DNA of 42,359 bases from NCBI GenBank assembly GCA_001817115.1, contig MHHS01000050.1, forward strand, positions 782 through 43,140, written 5' to 3'. Source of the stretch: Candidatus Andersenbacteria bacterium RIFCSPHIGHO2_12_FULL_45_11b. GTDB lineage: Bacteria; Patescibacteriota; Andersenbacteria; UBA10190. The stretch's first letter is position 1. Every line of letters starts with the position of its first letter. Made by a program: the position numbers and the translations under genes. This document shows, piece after piece, positions 1-9,176 of the stretch. Below the pieces are notes generated by a model. The model was given only the letters and a program-made list of their open reading frames with translations, was not told the DNA's origin and did not search any database.

Positions 1-1
1 A

Positions 2-88
2 TCCGTACAAGATGCAGGACAATTGCAGCGTGCAATGAAGAACTTGCTTGCGCGCACGCTGGCGGACGCTGCTATGGTATACTCGTAA
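2..88 (+). CDS. C-terminal fragment of an unidentified upstream CDS cut by the window edge
   Basis: Frame 2 is open from the window edge to TAA at 86-88 (...SVQDAGQLQRAMKNLLARTLADAAMVYS*). No family recognised. Confidence 0.3.
   Translation, partial: SVQDAGQLQRAMKNLLARTLADAAMVYS
75..83 (+). promoter_or_regulatory. extended -10 box TGgTATACT, 8 nt upstream of ATG 92
   Basis: Motif and spacing read directly. No SD in between. Confidence 0.45.
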
Positions 89-91
89 GAG

Positions 92-2062
92 ATGGACGAG
101 CCTAAAGATAACGAAACCCCTGTTCCGAAAGAGGATGACAGCAACATTTCCATGTTGCGCCGGGATTTGTATGCGCGCGATGAGCCGGAGGAACTCAAGA
201 AGCGGAGCGAAGCGTTATTTACTCCAAGAAAGCCAGTTGTGTTAGAGGCCGCAAAGGTTGAGAGCCGTCCGGATTTGATAGATGCAATGAGCGTGAAGAT
301 GAAGAAACGCAAAAGAATTTTCCAGCGGATTGCAATAGTCGTTGCCGGGCTGCTCGTATTTATAGTTGCAACCGTCCTTACGTTATGGTATCGAAGTACT
401 CAGCAAGTAAGCGCGTCGCAGATTGGCATTGATATTACTGCTCCCTCCAATTTTATTGCCGGCGGAACAGTGAAGTATGTAATTACTGTGAAAAACAACA
501 GCCACGTCAATTGGGGCGTTGTAGACGTAGTGTTTACGCCTTCGGCGGGATTTGTACATGATTCATCTACTCCAAAGGGAGATGTAAGCATTAAGCATAT
601 TACTGCATCTTTGCCTGCTCTGCAGGCGGGGCAATCAGAAACATTTGTCACAGAAGGGCGGCTGCTGGGCGATCAAGGGTCGTCTGCAGCAGTGACGGCG
701 CAGGTGACAGTGAGTCCGGAAAAGTTTCCCAAAGAAAAAATTACAAATTCGGCATCAGCGAGCACGGTACTTGCTGCTATCCCACTAGAAATTTCTGTGG
801 AAGCTGCTAAGCAAGCTGCGGTAGGAGAGCGCATTGCAGCCATTATCCATATTAGAAATTTAGGAGATTCTGCTATTAAAAATGCGGTGTTGCAGTTAAC
901 GCCAGACCAAGGCATGCAGCTTGCAACAGAAGACAGCGGATTTTCCCCGAATTTTTCCGTGCTCGACTCATTTTGGAGGCTTCCGGATATTAAGCCATTC
1001 GATCAAGTTGATTTGTATTCCGTGCTCTATGTGCAAGGAAATCCGAGCGATCAGCGCACGCTAGGCATCGCTATCAACACTATGCAAAACGGGCAAACGT
1101 ATACCATGCGAGGCATTACGCATGTTGTTACGGTGTCTACCGCACAGCTTGCAGTAAGGCAATCCTTCAACGATTCCAAAAGCAATTCACTGGTTGTGTC
1201 TACGGGGCAAACGATTAATGGCGTACTGAACTATAAAAACACCGGCACCACAGGGCTTACCGACGCAATCCTCAAAGTGCATTTTGAGGGAGCAGGACTT
1301 GATGTTTCGTCGTTAAAACTACACAGCGGCGCGTATGATCCAGCGAGTGAAACGATTACTTGGACGGCGGCATCTGTGCCGGAATTGCAGCGAATTTTGC
1401 CGGGGCAAGGGGGGCAGGTAACGTATACCTTCAATATGCTGCCATATAAGCAATTCCCCCTTCAGCCGAATGGGAAAAATCATACATTAATTGCAACTGC
1501 GTCGTTTGATAGTCCTGATTTGCCAAAGCCTACTGGACAGGCGCGACAAGTGATATCTGATCGATTCACGATGCCGGTTGCAACAGATATATTGCTTGGC
1601 ACTGATGCATTTTATGATGATGGGCGATTAGGACTTACTAGCACTGGTCCGCTTCCACCAAAAGTTGGAGAGCGAACAACGTATACGGTTCGTACAACGG
1701 TTGGGTCTACGCTTAATGATGTGGAGAATAATCGAGTAACTATCGTGCTGCCTGACGGCGTTGTGTATACGGATCAAAACTATAAAACATCCGGGCAGAT
1801 TGATTACAATCAGCGCACGAATACGATTGTATGGACGATAGAGAAGTTAGAAGGGCTTACGGGCAGAACGCTTCCGCTGCAAGAGCTTGGTGTGCAAGTT
1901 GCGATTACGCCCGGGGCAGATCGGCTAGGTGAAGAGGTGCTTCTAGCGCAGAGCGTTGCTGCTGCAGGCAAGGATACGTTTATAGAAAAACAGGTAACTG
2001 CAAAAGTAACGAACATGCCAACTACCAGGACGGCTTCTCCTCAAAAGGGGAATGTGCAGTAA
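92..2062 (+). CDS. membrane-anchored protein with four DUF11/CARDB-like beta-sandwich repeats (tentative)
   Basis: 656-aa ORF with a charged N-terminus and one TM (IAIVVAGLLVFIVATVLTLWY). Recurring modules follow: GGTVKYVITVKNNS, GERIAAIIHIRNLG, GQTINGVLNYKNTG, GERTTYTVRTTVGS. Confidence 0.7.
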   Translation: MDEPKDNETPVPKEDDSNISMLRRDLYARDEPEELKKRSEALFTPRKPVVLEAAKVESRPDLIDAMSVKMKKRKRIFQRIAIVVAGLLVFIVATVLTLWYRSTQQVSASQIGIDITAPSNFIAGGTVKYVITVKNNSHVNWGVVDVVFTPSAGFVHDSSTPKGDVSIKHITASLPALQAGQSETFVTEGRLLGDQGSSAAVTAQVTVSPEKFPKEKITNSASASTVLAAIPLEISVEAAKQAAVGERIAAIIHIRNLGDSAIKNAVLQLTPDQGMQLATEDSGFSPNFSVLDSFWRLPDIKPFDQVDLYSVLYVQGNPSDQRTLGIAINTMQNGQTYTMRGITHVVTVSTAQLAVRQSFNDSKSNSLVVSTGQTINGVLNYKNTGTTGLTDAILKVHFEGAGLDVSSLKLHSGAYDPASETITWTAASVPELQRILPGQGGQVTYTFNMLPYKQFPLQPNGKNHTLIATASFDSPDLPKPTGQARQVISDRFTMPVATDILLGTDAFYDDGRLGLTSTGPLPPKVGERTTYTVRTTVGSTLNDVENNRVTIVLPDGVVYTDQNYKTSGQIDYNQRTNTIVWTIEKLEGLTGRTLPLQELGVQVAITPGADRLGEEVLLAQSVAAAGKDTFIEKQVTAKVTNMPTTRTASPQKGNVQ

Positions 2063-2093
2063 GTTGAGCTTTTAGCAAATAGCTTGTAGCTTG

Positions 2094-2099
2094 TAGACT
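2094..2099 (+). promoter_or_regulatory. -10-like TAGACT, 6 nt upstream of tgt ATG
   Basis: Motif and spacing read directly. No SD. Confidence 0.4.
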
Positions 2100-2105
2100 A
2101 CGACT

Positions 2106-3239
2106 ATGTTTTCGTTTATCGTTACAAAGAAATTAGGCCGTGCGCGATTGTCTGAATTAAAAACCCCACACGGAACAATTCCTGGGCCGTTTTTTCAGTT
2201 CGTTGCAACGCAAGCTGCTATTCGCGGACAGGTGATGAGCGAAGATATGGAAGCGCTGGGTGTAGATATTATGCTTGCAAATACGTACCACCTGCATCTG
2301 CGCCCCGGAGAAGATATTGTTGCAAAAGCGGGCGGGTTGCACGGATTCATGCAGTGGAATAAGCCGATTACTACTGATTCTGGTGGATATCAAGTGTTTA
2401 GCTTGGGCGATCACGTAAAAATTGATGATGATGGGGTTACGTTTAAAGCCCCATTAGACGGGAGCGTGCATCGGTTCACTCCTGAAATTACGATGCAGAT
2501 CCAGGCAAAGCTTGGGCCAGATATTGTCATGCCTCTCGATGTGTGTACGCCATTTACTGCGAGCAAGGAGGAAGTGGAGCACGCAATTATAAAAACGACA
2601 GAGTGGGTAAAGCGCTGCAAAGAAGAGCAATCTCGCCTCGCATCGCCCCAGGCTTTATATGGAATAGTTCAAGGAGGAGTGTATCCTGATCTGCGTGAAA
2701 AAGCTGCGGCGTTATTGCGAAAAATCGGATTTTTCGGATACAGCATCGGCGGGGAGCTGCAGGAAAAAGGAGAGAAGGAAATTAAAAAAATTGTAAATAT
2801 TACCACGGCTCAGCTTCCAGAAAATGCGCCGAGATATTTGATGGGATATGGGAAGCCGGAAGATATTGTGGAAGCAGTTCGCCTCGGGGTTGATCAGTTT
2901 GACTGCGTGCTTCCTGTCCGCAATGCGCGCCATGGGCAAATTTTTTCAAATTTGAACATTGAAGAGTTGCAGAAAGCATTAACCGATCCTGAGCATCCTA
3001 TTGATCCTAAAAAACTATATACGACAATAGATATTACAAAAGCGATTTTTGCAGAAGATTTTTCCGTGTTTGATGCAGAGAATCCTGCTATTGTAAAGCA
3101 GTATACAAAATCATACGTACATCATTTGATGCGTGCAGAACCGCCATCTGGCATGCGCCTAGCGGTAATGGCGAATATTTCGTTTTATGTGCAATTAATG
3201 CGCGCTATTCGGAACATTATTGAGGACGAGGGAGTATAG
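2106..3239 (+). CDS. tgt: queuine/preQ1 tRNA-ribosyltransferase (divergent, zinc-site ligands absent)
   Basis: Motifs LANTYHLHLRPG, TDSGGYQVFSL, MPLDVCT, GIVQGG, LMGYGKPEDI, GVDQFDCVLPVRNARHG. The C-terminal CxCxxC...H region reads NPAIVKQ...MANISF. Confidence 0.9.
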   Translation: MFSFIVTKKLGRARLSELKTPHGTIPGPFFQFVATQAAIRGQVMSEDMEALGVDIMLANTYHLHLRPGEDIVAKAGGLHGFMQWNKPITTDSGGYQVFSLGDHVKIDDDGVTFKAPLDGSVHRFTPEITMQIQAKLGPDIVMPLDVCTPFTASKEEVEHAIIKTTEWVKRCKEEQSRLASPQALYGIVQGGVYPDLREKAAALLRKIGFFGYSIGGELQEKGEKEIKKIVNITTAQLPENAPRYLMGYGKPEDIVEAVRLGVDQFDCVLPVRNARHGQIFSNLNIEELQKALTDPEHPIDPKKLYTTIDITKAIFAEDFSVFDAENPAIVKQYTKSYVHHLMRAEPPSGMRLAVMANISFYVQLMRAIRNIIEDEGV

Positions 3240-3243
3240 TTTT

Positions 3244-3334
3244 CTCCCCCTTACCAAGGGGGAGGTAGAGGGGGTCTGCGTCGTGGCGCTTAACCTGCCC
3301 CCACCCTAACCCTCCCCCCAATTGGGGGGAGGGG
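3244..3334 (+). repeat. family-A double-hairpin G/C-tract element, full copy (R1)
   Basis: CTCCCCCTT-acc-AAGGGGGAG, then GTAGAGGGGGTCTGCGTCG...CTTAACC...CCCTAACC, then CCCTCCCCCC-aatt-GGGGGGAGGG. Confidence 0.85.
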
Positions 3335-3349
3335 AACGGCGCGGTATGC

Positions 3350-3355
3350 TATACT
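3350..3355 (+). promoter_or_regulatory. -10-like TATACT, 6 nt upstream of ATG 3362
   Basis: Motif and spacing read directly. No SD. Confidence 0.45.
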
Positions 3356-3361
3356 TACAGC

Positions 3362-3778
3362 ATGGGATTTTTCTCAGCAATCTTCGGAAGCGGTACGAAA
3401 AAAACAGACGCGCAGCGAATGCAATCTATTGCGCGCGGACAATCGATTATTGGCAATGTTGCCGGTTCAAGTCCGTATATGCAGCAGTGGCGCCGCGAGA
3501 ACAAATCGCTCCACGAAGAATACGTGAAGCAGGAAAAAAATATGCGCAAGCAATGGGAGCGCGCGGATATTGAAACGAACCGTTCGCTACAAAAAGAAAA
3601 AGAGCGGTACTTCCGAAAATATAAAGATCCGAAAGATGCAGAGCGTTTTTATGCAAAGTATGAAACAAATGCCCGCCGAGACATTCAGCGCGATAGAAAA
3701 AAAGAAACAGATTCGATGAGATGGGAAAAAGTGGATCGCCAGCGCGATATTTCAAAAAATATCAAGCAGTGGAAGTAG
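3362..3778 (+). CDS. hypothetical highly charged (K/R/E-rich) 138-aa protein
   Basis: ORF with N-terminal MGFFSAIFG followed by a predicted helical charged region. A TATACT box lies 6 nt upstream of the ATG. Family-A repeats flank it on both sides. No family recognised. Confidence 0.55.
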   Translation: MGFFSAIFGSGTKKTDAQRMQSIARGQSIIGNVAGSSPYMQQWRRENKSLHEEYVKQEKNMRKQWERADIETNRSLQKEKERYFRKYKDPKDAERFYAKYETNARRDIQRDRKKETDSMRWEKVDRQRDISKNIKQWK

Positions 3779-3788
3779 TAGCCGTTCT

Positions 3789-3867
3789 CTCCCCCTTACG
3801 AAGGGGGAGTCGGAGGGGGTTCGTCGCGCACACTAACCTCCCCTAACCCCTCCTTCGTAAGGAGGGG
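3789..3867 (+). repeat. family-A element, full copy (R2)
   Basis: CTCCCCCTT-acg-AAGGGGGAG, then TCGGAGGGGGTTCGTCGCG...CTAACCTCCCCTAA, then CCCCTCC-ttcgtaa-GGAGGGG. Confidence 0.85.
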
Positions 3868-3903
3868 AAACTAGCTACTAGCATGACAATCGGGCTATTC
3901 TCA

Positions 3904-3909
3904 TATAGT
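3904..3909 (+). promoter_or_regulatory. -10-like TATAGT, 8 nt upstream of glyQS ATG
   Basis: Motif and spacing read directly. No SD. Confidence 0.4.
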
Positions 3910-3917
3910 CTTATTTT

Positions 3918-5240
3918 ATGAGCAAAGACGTTTCCATGGACACAATCGTAAATCTCGCAAAGCGGCGCGGGTTTGTTTTTGCCGGGTCTGAAATTTATGG
4001 CGGACTGGCAAACAGCTGGGATTATGGCCCGCTTGGGGTTGAGTTGCAAAACAATATCAAGAAAGCATGGTGGAAGAAATTCGTAACATCTCGTCTTGAT
4101 ATGGTTGGTATTGATGCCGCTCTTATTATGAATCCGAAGGTTTGGGAAGCCTCCGGCCATGTTGCTACATTCAGCGATCCGTTAGTTGAATGCAAGAATT
4201 GTCATGAGCGGTATCGCGCTGATCAAATTGACGTAACTGCTGCCTGCAAAAAATGCGGAAGCAAAAATACATTTACCGATCCCGCTGCGTTTAACCTCAT
4301 GCTCAAGACATTTTTGGGTCCGAAAGAAGATGTTGCAGCACAAGCATATTTGCGCCCAGAAACTGCGCAGGCAATGTTCGCGGACTTTTCTCAAGTGCTT
4401 GCAAGCTCTCGTAAACGTGTTCCATTCGGTATTGCCCAAATTGGCCGAGCATTTCGAAACGAAATTACGCCCGGCAATTTTATATTTCGCGTTCGCGAAT
4501 TCGATATTATGGAATTTGAATATTTTGTGCATCCAAGTGAATGGGAAAAGCATTTCGAATACTGGCTAATGGAAATGCATGATTGGATAGAAGAGTGCGG
4601 CATTAGTACTCAAAAGTCGCATGATCTTGAAGTGCTAAAAGAAGACCGCGCGCATTATTCTTCTCGTACTGTTGATATAGAATTTGATTATCCTTTTGGG
4701 AGAAGAGAGCTATATGGATTGGCGTATAGGGGTGATTTTGATTTGAGAAATCATAGCGAACATTCTGGAAAAGATTTGTCGTATACCGATCCTGTAACAA
4801 GCGAGAAATATATTCCGCACGTTATCGAGCCGACGTTTGGATTAGGGCGAACTTTTCTTGCAGTGCTTTTGTCTGCATACGACGAAGAAATTGGCGAAGA
4901 TGGAGAAAAAAGAGTGGTTCTTCGCCTAAAGCCTCACCTTGCTCCAGTCAAAGCGGCAATTCTCCCGCTGATGAAAAAAGAGGAAATTGTGAACGTTGCA
5001 AAACCGCTTGCTGAAATGTTAGCGAAAGAATTTCCTGTTGAATATGACGAAACGCAATCAATCGGAAAGCGTTATCGAAGACAGGATGAAATTGGAACGC
5101 CATATTGCGTGACTGTTGACTATGAAAGTTTGGAAGACAACGCTGTGACGGTCCGTGATCGGGATTCTATGAAACAGGAGCGTGTTGCGATTGCAGAGGT
5201 GAAAGATTATTTGGGCGAAAAAATATCGACAAATAATTGA
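3918..5240 (+). CDS. glyQS: glycine--tRNA ligase (dimeric class II type)
   Basis: Motifs FAGSEIYGG, YLRPETAQ, GRAFRNEITP, EFEYFV, HVIEPTFGLGR. Length 440 aa. Confidence 0.95.
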   Translation: MSKDVSMDTIVNLAKRRGFVFAGSEIYGGLANSWDYGPLGVELQNNIKKAWWKKFVTSRLDMVGIDAALIMNPKVWEASGHVATFSDPLVECKNCHERYRADQIDVTAACKKCGSKNTFTDPAAFNLMLKTFLGPKEDVAAQAYLRPETAQAMFADFSQVLASSRKRVPFGIAQIGRAFRNEITPGNFIFRVREFDIMEFEYFVHPSEWEKHFEYWLMEMHDWIEECGISTQKSHDLEVLKEDRAHYSSRTVDIEFDYPFGRRELYGLAYRGDFDLRNHSEHSGKDLSYTDPVTSEKYIPHVIEPTFGLGRTFLAVLLSAYDEEIGEDGEKRVVLRLKPHLAPVKAAILPLMKKEEIVNVAKPLAEMLAKEFPVEYDETQSIGKRYRRQDEIGTPYCVTVDYESLEDNAVTVRDRDSMKQERVAIAEVKDYLGEKISTNN

Positions 5241-5349
5241 CAAATATGTGCTAGTAGAGCAAAATATAGTTGCTCTTTCAAGTTGAAATAATAGAGCCCA
5301 CCATCGTGATAGGCCTGATTTGTCCTTATGTGAATAAAAGGAGAATGCC

Positions 5350-5700
5350 ATGGATCCTAATCTGTCCAGATGCCCAGCGCGAGAACTCATTTCAATGGTC
5401 GTTAATCGTCCTTTAGTTGAGTTGAGCGATCGGGCGCAACATGATCCGCAGGCGCTTGATGCTGCTATGAGGAAAGTGTTGGAAACTATCAGTTATCGCG
5501 AACGTAAAATACTTGAGATGCGTATCAGGTATGGAGATGAATATGATTATTCTCTGAAAGAGATTGCAGATATCTTTAAAATGAGTAAAGGGGATGTGTT
5601 AAAAATTCAGGTTCGCGCAATACGGAAAATGCGGCAACAAAACCGTTTGCGTCACCTTAAGCCTTTTATTCCCGATGGTATTCAGGCGCCAGCAAGTTAA
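5350..5700 (+). CDS. sigma-70 region-4-like HTH domain protein
   Basis: ISYRERKILEMRIRYG...YSLKEIADIFKMSKGDVLKIQVRAIRKMR resembles sigma-70 region 4. AAGGAG lies 6 nt upstream of the ATG, and a terminator follows. Confidence 0.65.
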   Translation: MDPNLSRCPARELISMVVNRPLVELSDRAQHDPQALDAAMRKVLETISYRERKILEMRIRYGDEYDYSLKEIADIFKMSKGDVLKIQVRAIRKMRQQNRLRHLKPFIPDGIQAPAS

Positions 5701-5716
5701 GCTGGCAAACGTGTAT

Positions 5717-5749
5717 CCGGCGACTAATCCCAAGTCGCCGGCTTTTTTA
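5717..5749 (+). terminator. Rho-independent terminator
   Basis: CCGGCGAC (5717-5724) pairs with GTCGCCGG (5734-5741), followed by C and a TTTTTT run. Confidence 0.75.
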
Positions 5750-5775
5750 TAGTTGCCATTTGCGTACAAAACACG

Positions 5776-5781
5776 TACACT
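5776..5781 (+). promoter_or_regulatory. -10-like TACACT, 6 nt upstream of M16 peptidase ATG
   Basis: Motif and spacing read directly. No SD. Confidence 0.4.
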
Positions 5782-5787
5782 GAATGC

Positions 5788-7062
5788 ATGTCAAAATTTC
5801 CACTTATCAAAAAAACATTGCCCTCGGGCTTGCGAACAATTATTTTGCCTCGTTCAGAGATGGCATCAGCCACAATTATGGTATTAATCGGAGTGGGCTC
5901 CAGATACGAAACTCCCCGCCAAGGAGGGCTTTCGCATTTCTTAGAACATATGTTTTTCAAAGGAACGACGAACCGGCCTACGACAAAAGAAATTTCTGAA
6001 GCCGTAGATAATATCGGAGGAGAATTCAACGCATTTACCAGCCAGGAATACACGGGCTATTATGTAAAAGTTGCATCGGAATATTTGGATAAAGGCGCAG
6101 AAGTGGTTGCTGATATTTTATTGAATCCCTTATTTCCAGAGGAAGAGATTGAGCGCGAGCGCGGGGTTATTCAAGAAGAAATCAAAATGTATACAGACAT
6201 GCCGATGCGCCATATTCAGCATTTATGGGAATCTGCGCTGTTCGGAGATAACCCGCTTGGGCGCCGAATTGATGGAACGAAAGAAACTGTTTCGGCATTC
6301 AAGCGAAAAGATTTTCTTTCGTACGTAAAATCGCATTATCATACGGGCAATGCGATCGTGGTTGTAGCTGGAAATGTAGATGCGAAAAAGACCCAGGCAA
6401 TGATTCAGCAATTATTTGCTCCGCTTGCAGATGGCGCAGAAACTGCGCCTAAGGCTGCTCCGAAAAAAACTCCAGCAAAGCGATTTGTGCACGAGTACAG
6501 AAAGACGTTGGATCAAACGCACTTGATGGTAGGCGTGCCGGGAGTATCGGAAAACGATCCGCGCAAGTATGCCGCAGGATTATTAGCAGCTATTCTGGGC
6601 GGTGGAATGAGCAGCAGGCTGTTCTTGAGCGTTCGAGAGCGCAATGGGCTGGCGTACATGGTTCGCACATCTTCGGAAACCTATACTGATGCGGGAAGCT
6701 TTGTAACGCAATCGGGCGTGCGCACGGAGAAGGCAAAAGAGGCTCTTGCCCTTATTTTAAAGGAATACGACCGGGTGATGGAAGAACCCGTTACAAAAGA
6801 AGAATTGGATAAAGTAAAGAAAATGGCCCGCGGGTCGCTCGTATTGGATTTAGAAGAAACTAATGCTTTGGCGCTCTTTTCAAGCATTCAAGACTTAACA
6901 GAGCATGCTATTAAAACGCCTGATCAGATTATGAAAGAGATTAATCGGGTAACAATTCAAGATATTCAGGATGTTGCACGCGAACTGTTGCGCCATGATA
7001 AGCGGGCGGCGGCGCTTCTTGGCCCGCAGAAATCTTCTGTTGTATTTGAAAAATTGCTTTAA
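5788..7062 (+). CDS. M16 family (pitrilysin-like) zinc peptidase
   Basis: Inverted zinc motif HFLEHMFFKGT. 424 aa with the typical M16 two-domain length. Confidence 0.9.
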   Translation: MSKFPLIKKTLPSGLRTIILPRSEMASATIMVLIGVGSRYETPRQGGLSHFLEHMFFKGTTNRPTTKEISEAVDNIGGEFNAFTSQEYTGYYVKVASEYLDKGAEVVADILLNPLFPEEEIERERGVIQEEIKMYTDMPMRHIQHLWESALFGDNPLGRRIDGTKETVSAFKRKDFLSYVKSHYHTGNAIVVVAGNVDAKKTQAMIQQLFAPLADGAETAPKAAPKKTPAKRFVHEYRKTLDQTHLMVGVPGVSENDPRKYAAGLLAAILGGGMSSRLFLSVRERNGLAYMVRTSSETYTDAGSFVTQSGVRTEKAKEALALILKEYDRVMEEPVTKEELDKVKKMARGSLVLDLEETNALALFSSIQDLTEHAIKTPDQIMKEINRVTIQDIQDVARELLRHDKRAAALLGPQKSSVVFEKLL

Positions 7063-7094
7063 ATAGCGTATTATTCAGGCAGGCGTACCCCCTT

Positions 7095-8138
7095 ATGAAG
7101 ACTAATAGGCAAGTTATCGACATATCTTCCGGGACAATTATCCGGGTCTTGGTGTTTATCGTGATGCTGATGCTGCTGTTCTTGATTAAAGATATTCTAC
7201 TGATGCTCCTAGGGGCGATGGTGATTGCGTTTGCAATTGAACCGCTTGCCAAAGCGTTGCAGATGTATAAAGTGCCGAGAGCAGTCTCTGTGATTGTGGT
7301 GTATTTGATATTTATTGGCGCGATTTCTCTTGCATTCACATTAGTCCTTCCTGCGCTTGCGGAACAGACAACTCAGCTTGCACAGCAAACCCCGCAAATT
7401 ATTAGCGGACTCGAACGTACTATCGGTACGATTCCCGGCTTTTCTCCGGACACTATCGCGTCTCAGCTGCAGCAATCTTTGAAGAGTTTTGGAGATAACC
7501 TCTCTAATCTTACAACTCAAATCTTTCTGCAGACGAAGTCGATTTTTACGGGCGTGTTCTCCCTGTTCTTTGTGCTTGTGATTGCGTTTTATCTAGTAAT
7601 TGAAGAAGATGCGATCAAGAAATTGTTCCGATATATTATTCCGAAACAGCACATTGCATATGCAGAGCTGATGATTGACCGGATACAAACAAAGCTTGGG
7701 CGATGGGTGCTTGCGCAATTAGTACTCGGTATTATTGTCGGTTCTGCAACTGGAATAATTTTTTGGAGTATCGGGTTTAAATACGCATTAGCGCTCGGAG
7801 TCGTGGCTGGAATCTTAGAAGTCTTCCCTGTGGTGGGGCCGATTTTATCTGCGCTATTCGGTGTTATTCTTGCGCTTTCGCAATCGGTGCTATTTGGAAT
7901 TATTGCGTTTGTGATATATTTTGTTGTCCAGCAAGTTGAGGGGCAAGTGCTTGTGCCGAATATTATGCGCAAGGCGGTTGGCTTAAATCCGCTCGTTACC
8001 ATCATCGCTGTGCTGTTAGGAGGGCGGTTGGCTGGAATGCCAGGCATTATACTTGCGGTGCCTATTGCAACTATCCTTAGCATTATGCTTGGAGATTTCT
8101 TTTCCACTGCAGCTGGAGACGATGAGCTTGCGGGGTAA
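7095..8138 (+). CDS. AI-2E family transporter (PerM/UPF0118)
   Basis: 347-aa polytopic membrane protein. The FPVVGPILSA and VEGQVLVPNIM segments are typical of the family. Confidence 0.8.
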   Translation: MKTNRQVIDISSGTIIRVLVFIVMLMLLFLIKDILLMLLGAMVIAFAIEPLAKALQMYKVPRAVSVIVVYLIFIGAISLAFTLVLPALAEQTTQLAQQTPQIISGLERTIGTIPGFSPDTIASQLQQSLKSFGDNLSNLTTQIFLQTKSIFTGVFSLFFVLVIAFYLVIEEDAIKKLFRYIIPKQHIAYAELMIDRIQTKLGRWVLAQLVLGIIVGSATGIIFWSIGFKYALALGVVAGILEVFPVVGPILSALFGVILALSQSVLFGIIAFVIYFVVQQVEGQVLVPNIMRKAVGLNPLVTIIAVLLGGRLAGMPGIILAVPIATILSIMLGDFFSTAAGDDELAG

Positions 8139-8154
8139 TTATCATAATTCTTAA

Positions 8155-8160
8155 TATACT
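8155..8160 (+). promoter_or_regulatory. -10-like TATACT, 6 nt upstream of ppa ATG
   Basis: Motif and spacing read directly. No SD. Confidence 0.45.
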
Positions 8161-8166
8161 TTTCAT

Positions 8167-8706
8167 ATGAATTTATGGCACGACGTGGCATTTGGAGCAT
8201 CTCTTGATGAGCTTAACCTGATTGTTGAGATTCCAACTGGTTCACAAAATAAATACGAACTTGATAAAGAATACGGATTAATAAAGCTCGATCGCGTGCT
8301 CTATTCTCCGCTGCATTACCCTGGCGATTATGGATTTATTCCGCAGACGCTCGGGGAAGATAATGATCCGTTAGACGGTATTGTGATGATGAATTTTCCA
8401 ACATACCCGGGCACGCTGATGGCTGTTCGACCGCTTGGAATGCTTCGCATGGTTGACCAGGGAGAAAACGATGAGAAGATTTTGTGCGTCCCGGTAGACG
8501 ATGTGCGATTCGATGGCGTTACAAAACTTTCTGATGTTGCGCAGCCAGTGCTGGATGAAATCGCCCACTTTTTTCAAGTATACAAGGAGCTAGAAAAAAA
8601 GAGCGTGGAAATTAACGGCTGGGCAGATTTGGATGAAACGAGAAAAGTAATTCAAGCTGGCATTGATCGGTATAACGAAAAGTTTCCTAAAGAAGCGCGC
8701 GGGTAA
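8167..8706 (+). CDS. ppa: inorganic pyrophosphatase, family I
   Basis: NKYELDKE, YPGDYGFIPQT, DNDPLDGIV, DQGENDEKIL. Length 179 aa. Confidence 0.95.
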   Translation: MNLWHDVAFGASLDELNLIVEIPTGSQNKYELDKEYGLIKLDRVLYSPLHYPGDYGFIPQTLGEDNDPLDGIVMMNFPTYPGTLMAVRPLGMLRMVDQGENDEKILCVPVDDVRFDGVTKLSDVAQPVLDEIAHFFQVYKELEKKSVEINGWADLDETRKVIQAGIDRYNEKFPKEARG

Positions 8707-9139
8707 TTATAATCGCAATGCCTCCGACGATAATTTGAGAGACGAGCCCTTTGGGGATTGAGTCTGTTTCTCGTTGGACATGTATATGAAACGCAAAAGC
8801 TGCGCGGATAAGTGCGGGTGATTTTTTCTGGATTCGTTCCGGAAGAAATCCCCAAAATGCATGCAGAATATCGGGCATGTTTCCGCCGGCAATTGCCGCA
8901 AGCACGGGGAGAGTAAATATTGCATTACCAGCAATAAGATATGCTGCGCCTAATCCGCCGACGACATCGAGCGCCACAAGTTCAAATGGATATCGCCGCA
9001 TTTTATGCGGGTAGATATTCCAATGCAGCAGATGGTCGCACAATACATGCATTGCGAAGGCGGCGCTAAAGGCTAATATCGGATTTTGAAAAAGTATTCC
9101 AAACGGAATGCTGATTATTGTGTGGAAAAGCGATAACAT
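8687..9139 (-). CDS. hypothetical integral membrane protein (possibly DUF457/YdjM-like)
   Basis: Four to five hydrophobic segments and several His (HVLCDHLLHWN). The first ATG is at 9139 because the track start at 9148 is TTG. Its 3' end overlaps ppa by 20 bp. Confidence 0.5.
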   Translation of the reverse strand: MLSLFHTIISIPFGILFQNPILAFSAAFAMHVLCDHLLHWNIYPHKMRRYPFELVALDVVGGLGAAYLIAGNAIFTLPVLAAIAGGNMPDILHAFWGFLPERIQKKSPALIRAAFAFHIHVQRETDSIPKGLVSQIIVGGIAIIITRALL

Positions 9140-9147
9140 ATTGCACA

Positions 9148-9153
9148 AGTATA
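9148..9153 (-). promoter_or_regulatory. -10-like TATACT (minus strand), 8 nt upstream of ATG 9139
   Basis: The minus strand reads TTTTGCGGTATACTTGTGCAATATG. Confidence 0.4.
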
Positions 9154-9164
9154 CCGCAAAAGCG

Positions 9165-9170
9165 TATGCT
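9165..9170 (+). promoter_or_regulatory. -10-like TATGCT, 6 nt upstream of tatD ATG
   Basis: Motif and spacing read directly. No SD. Confidence 0.4.
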
Positions 9171-9176
9171 ACGGCT

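Noticed and set aside
7589-8200. 203-aa minus-strand ORF
   Set aside because: It is antisense to the AI-2E permease and ppa start. No motif support.
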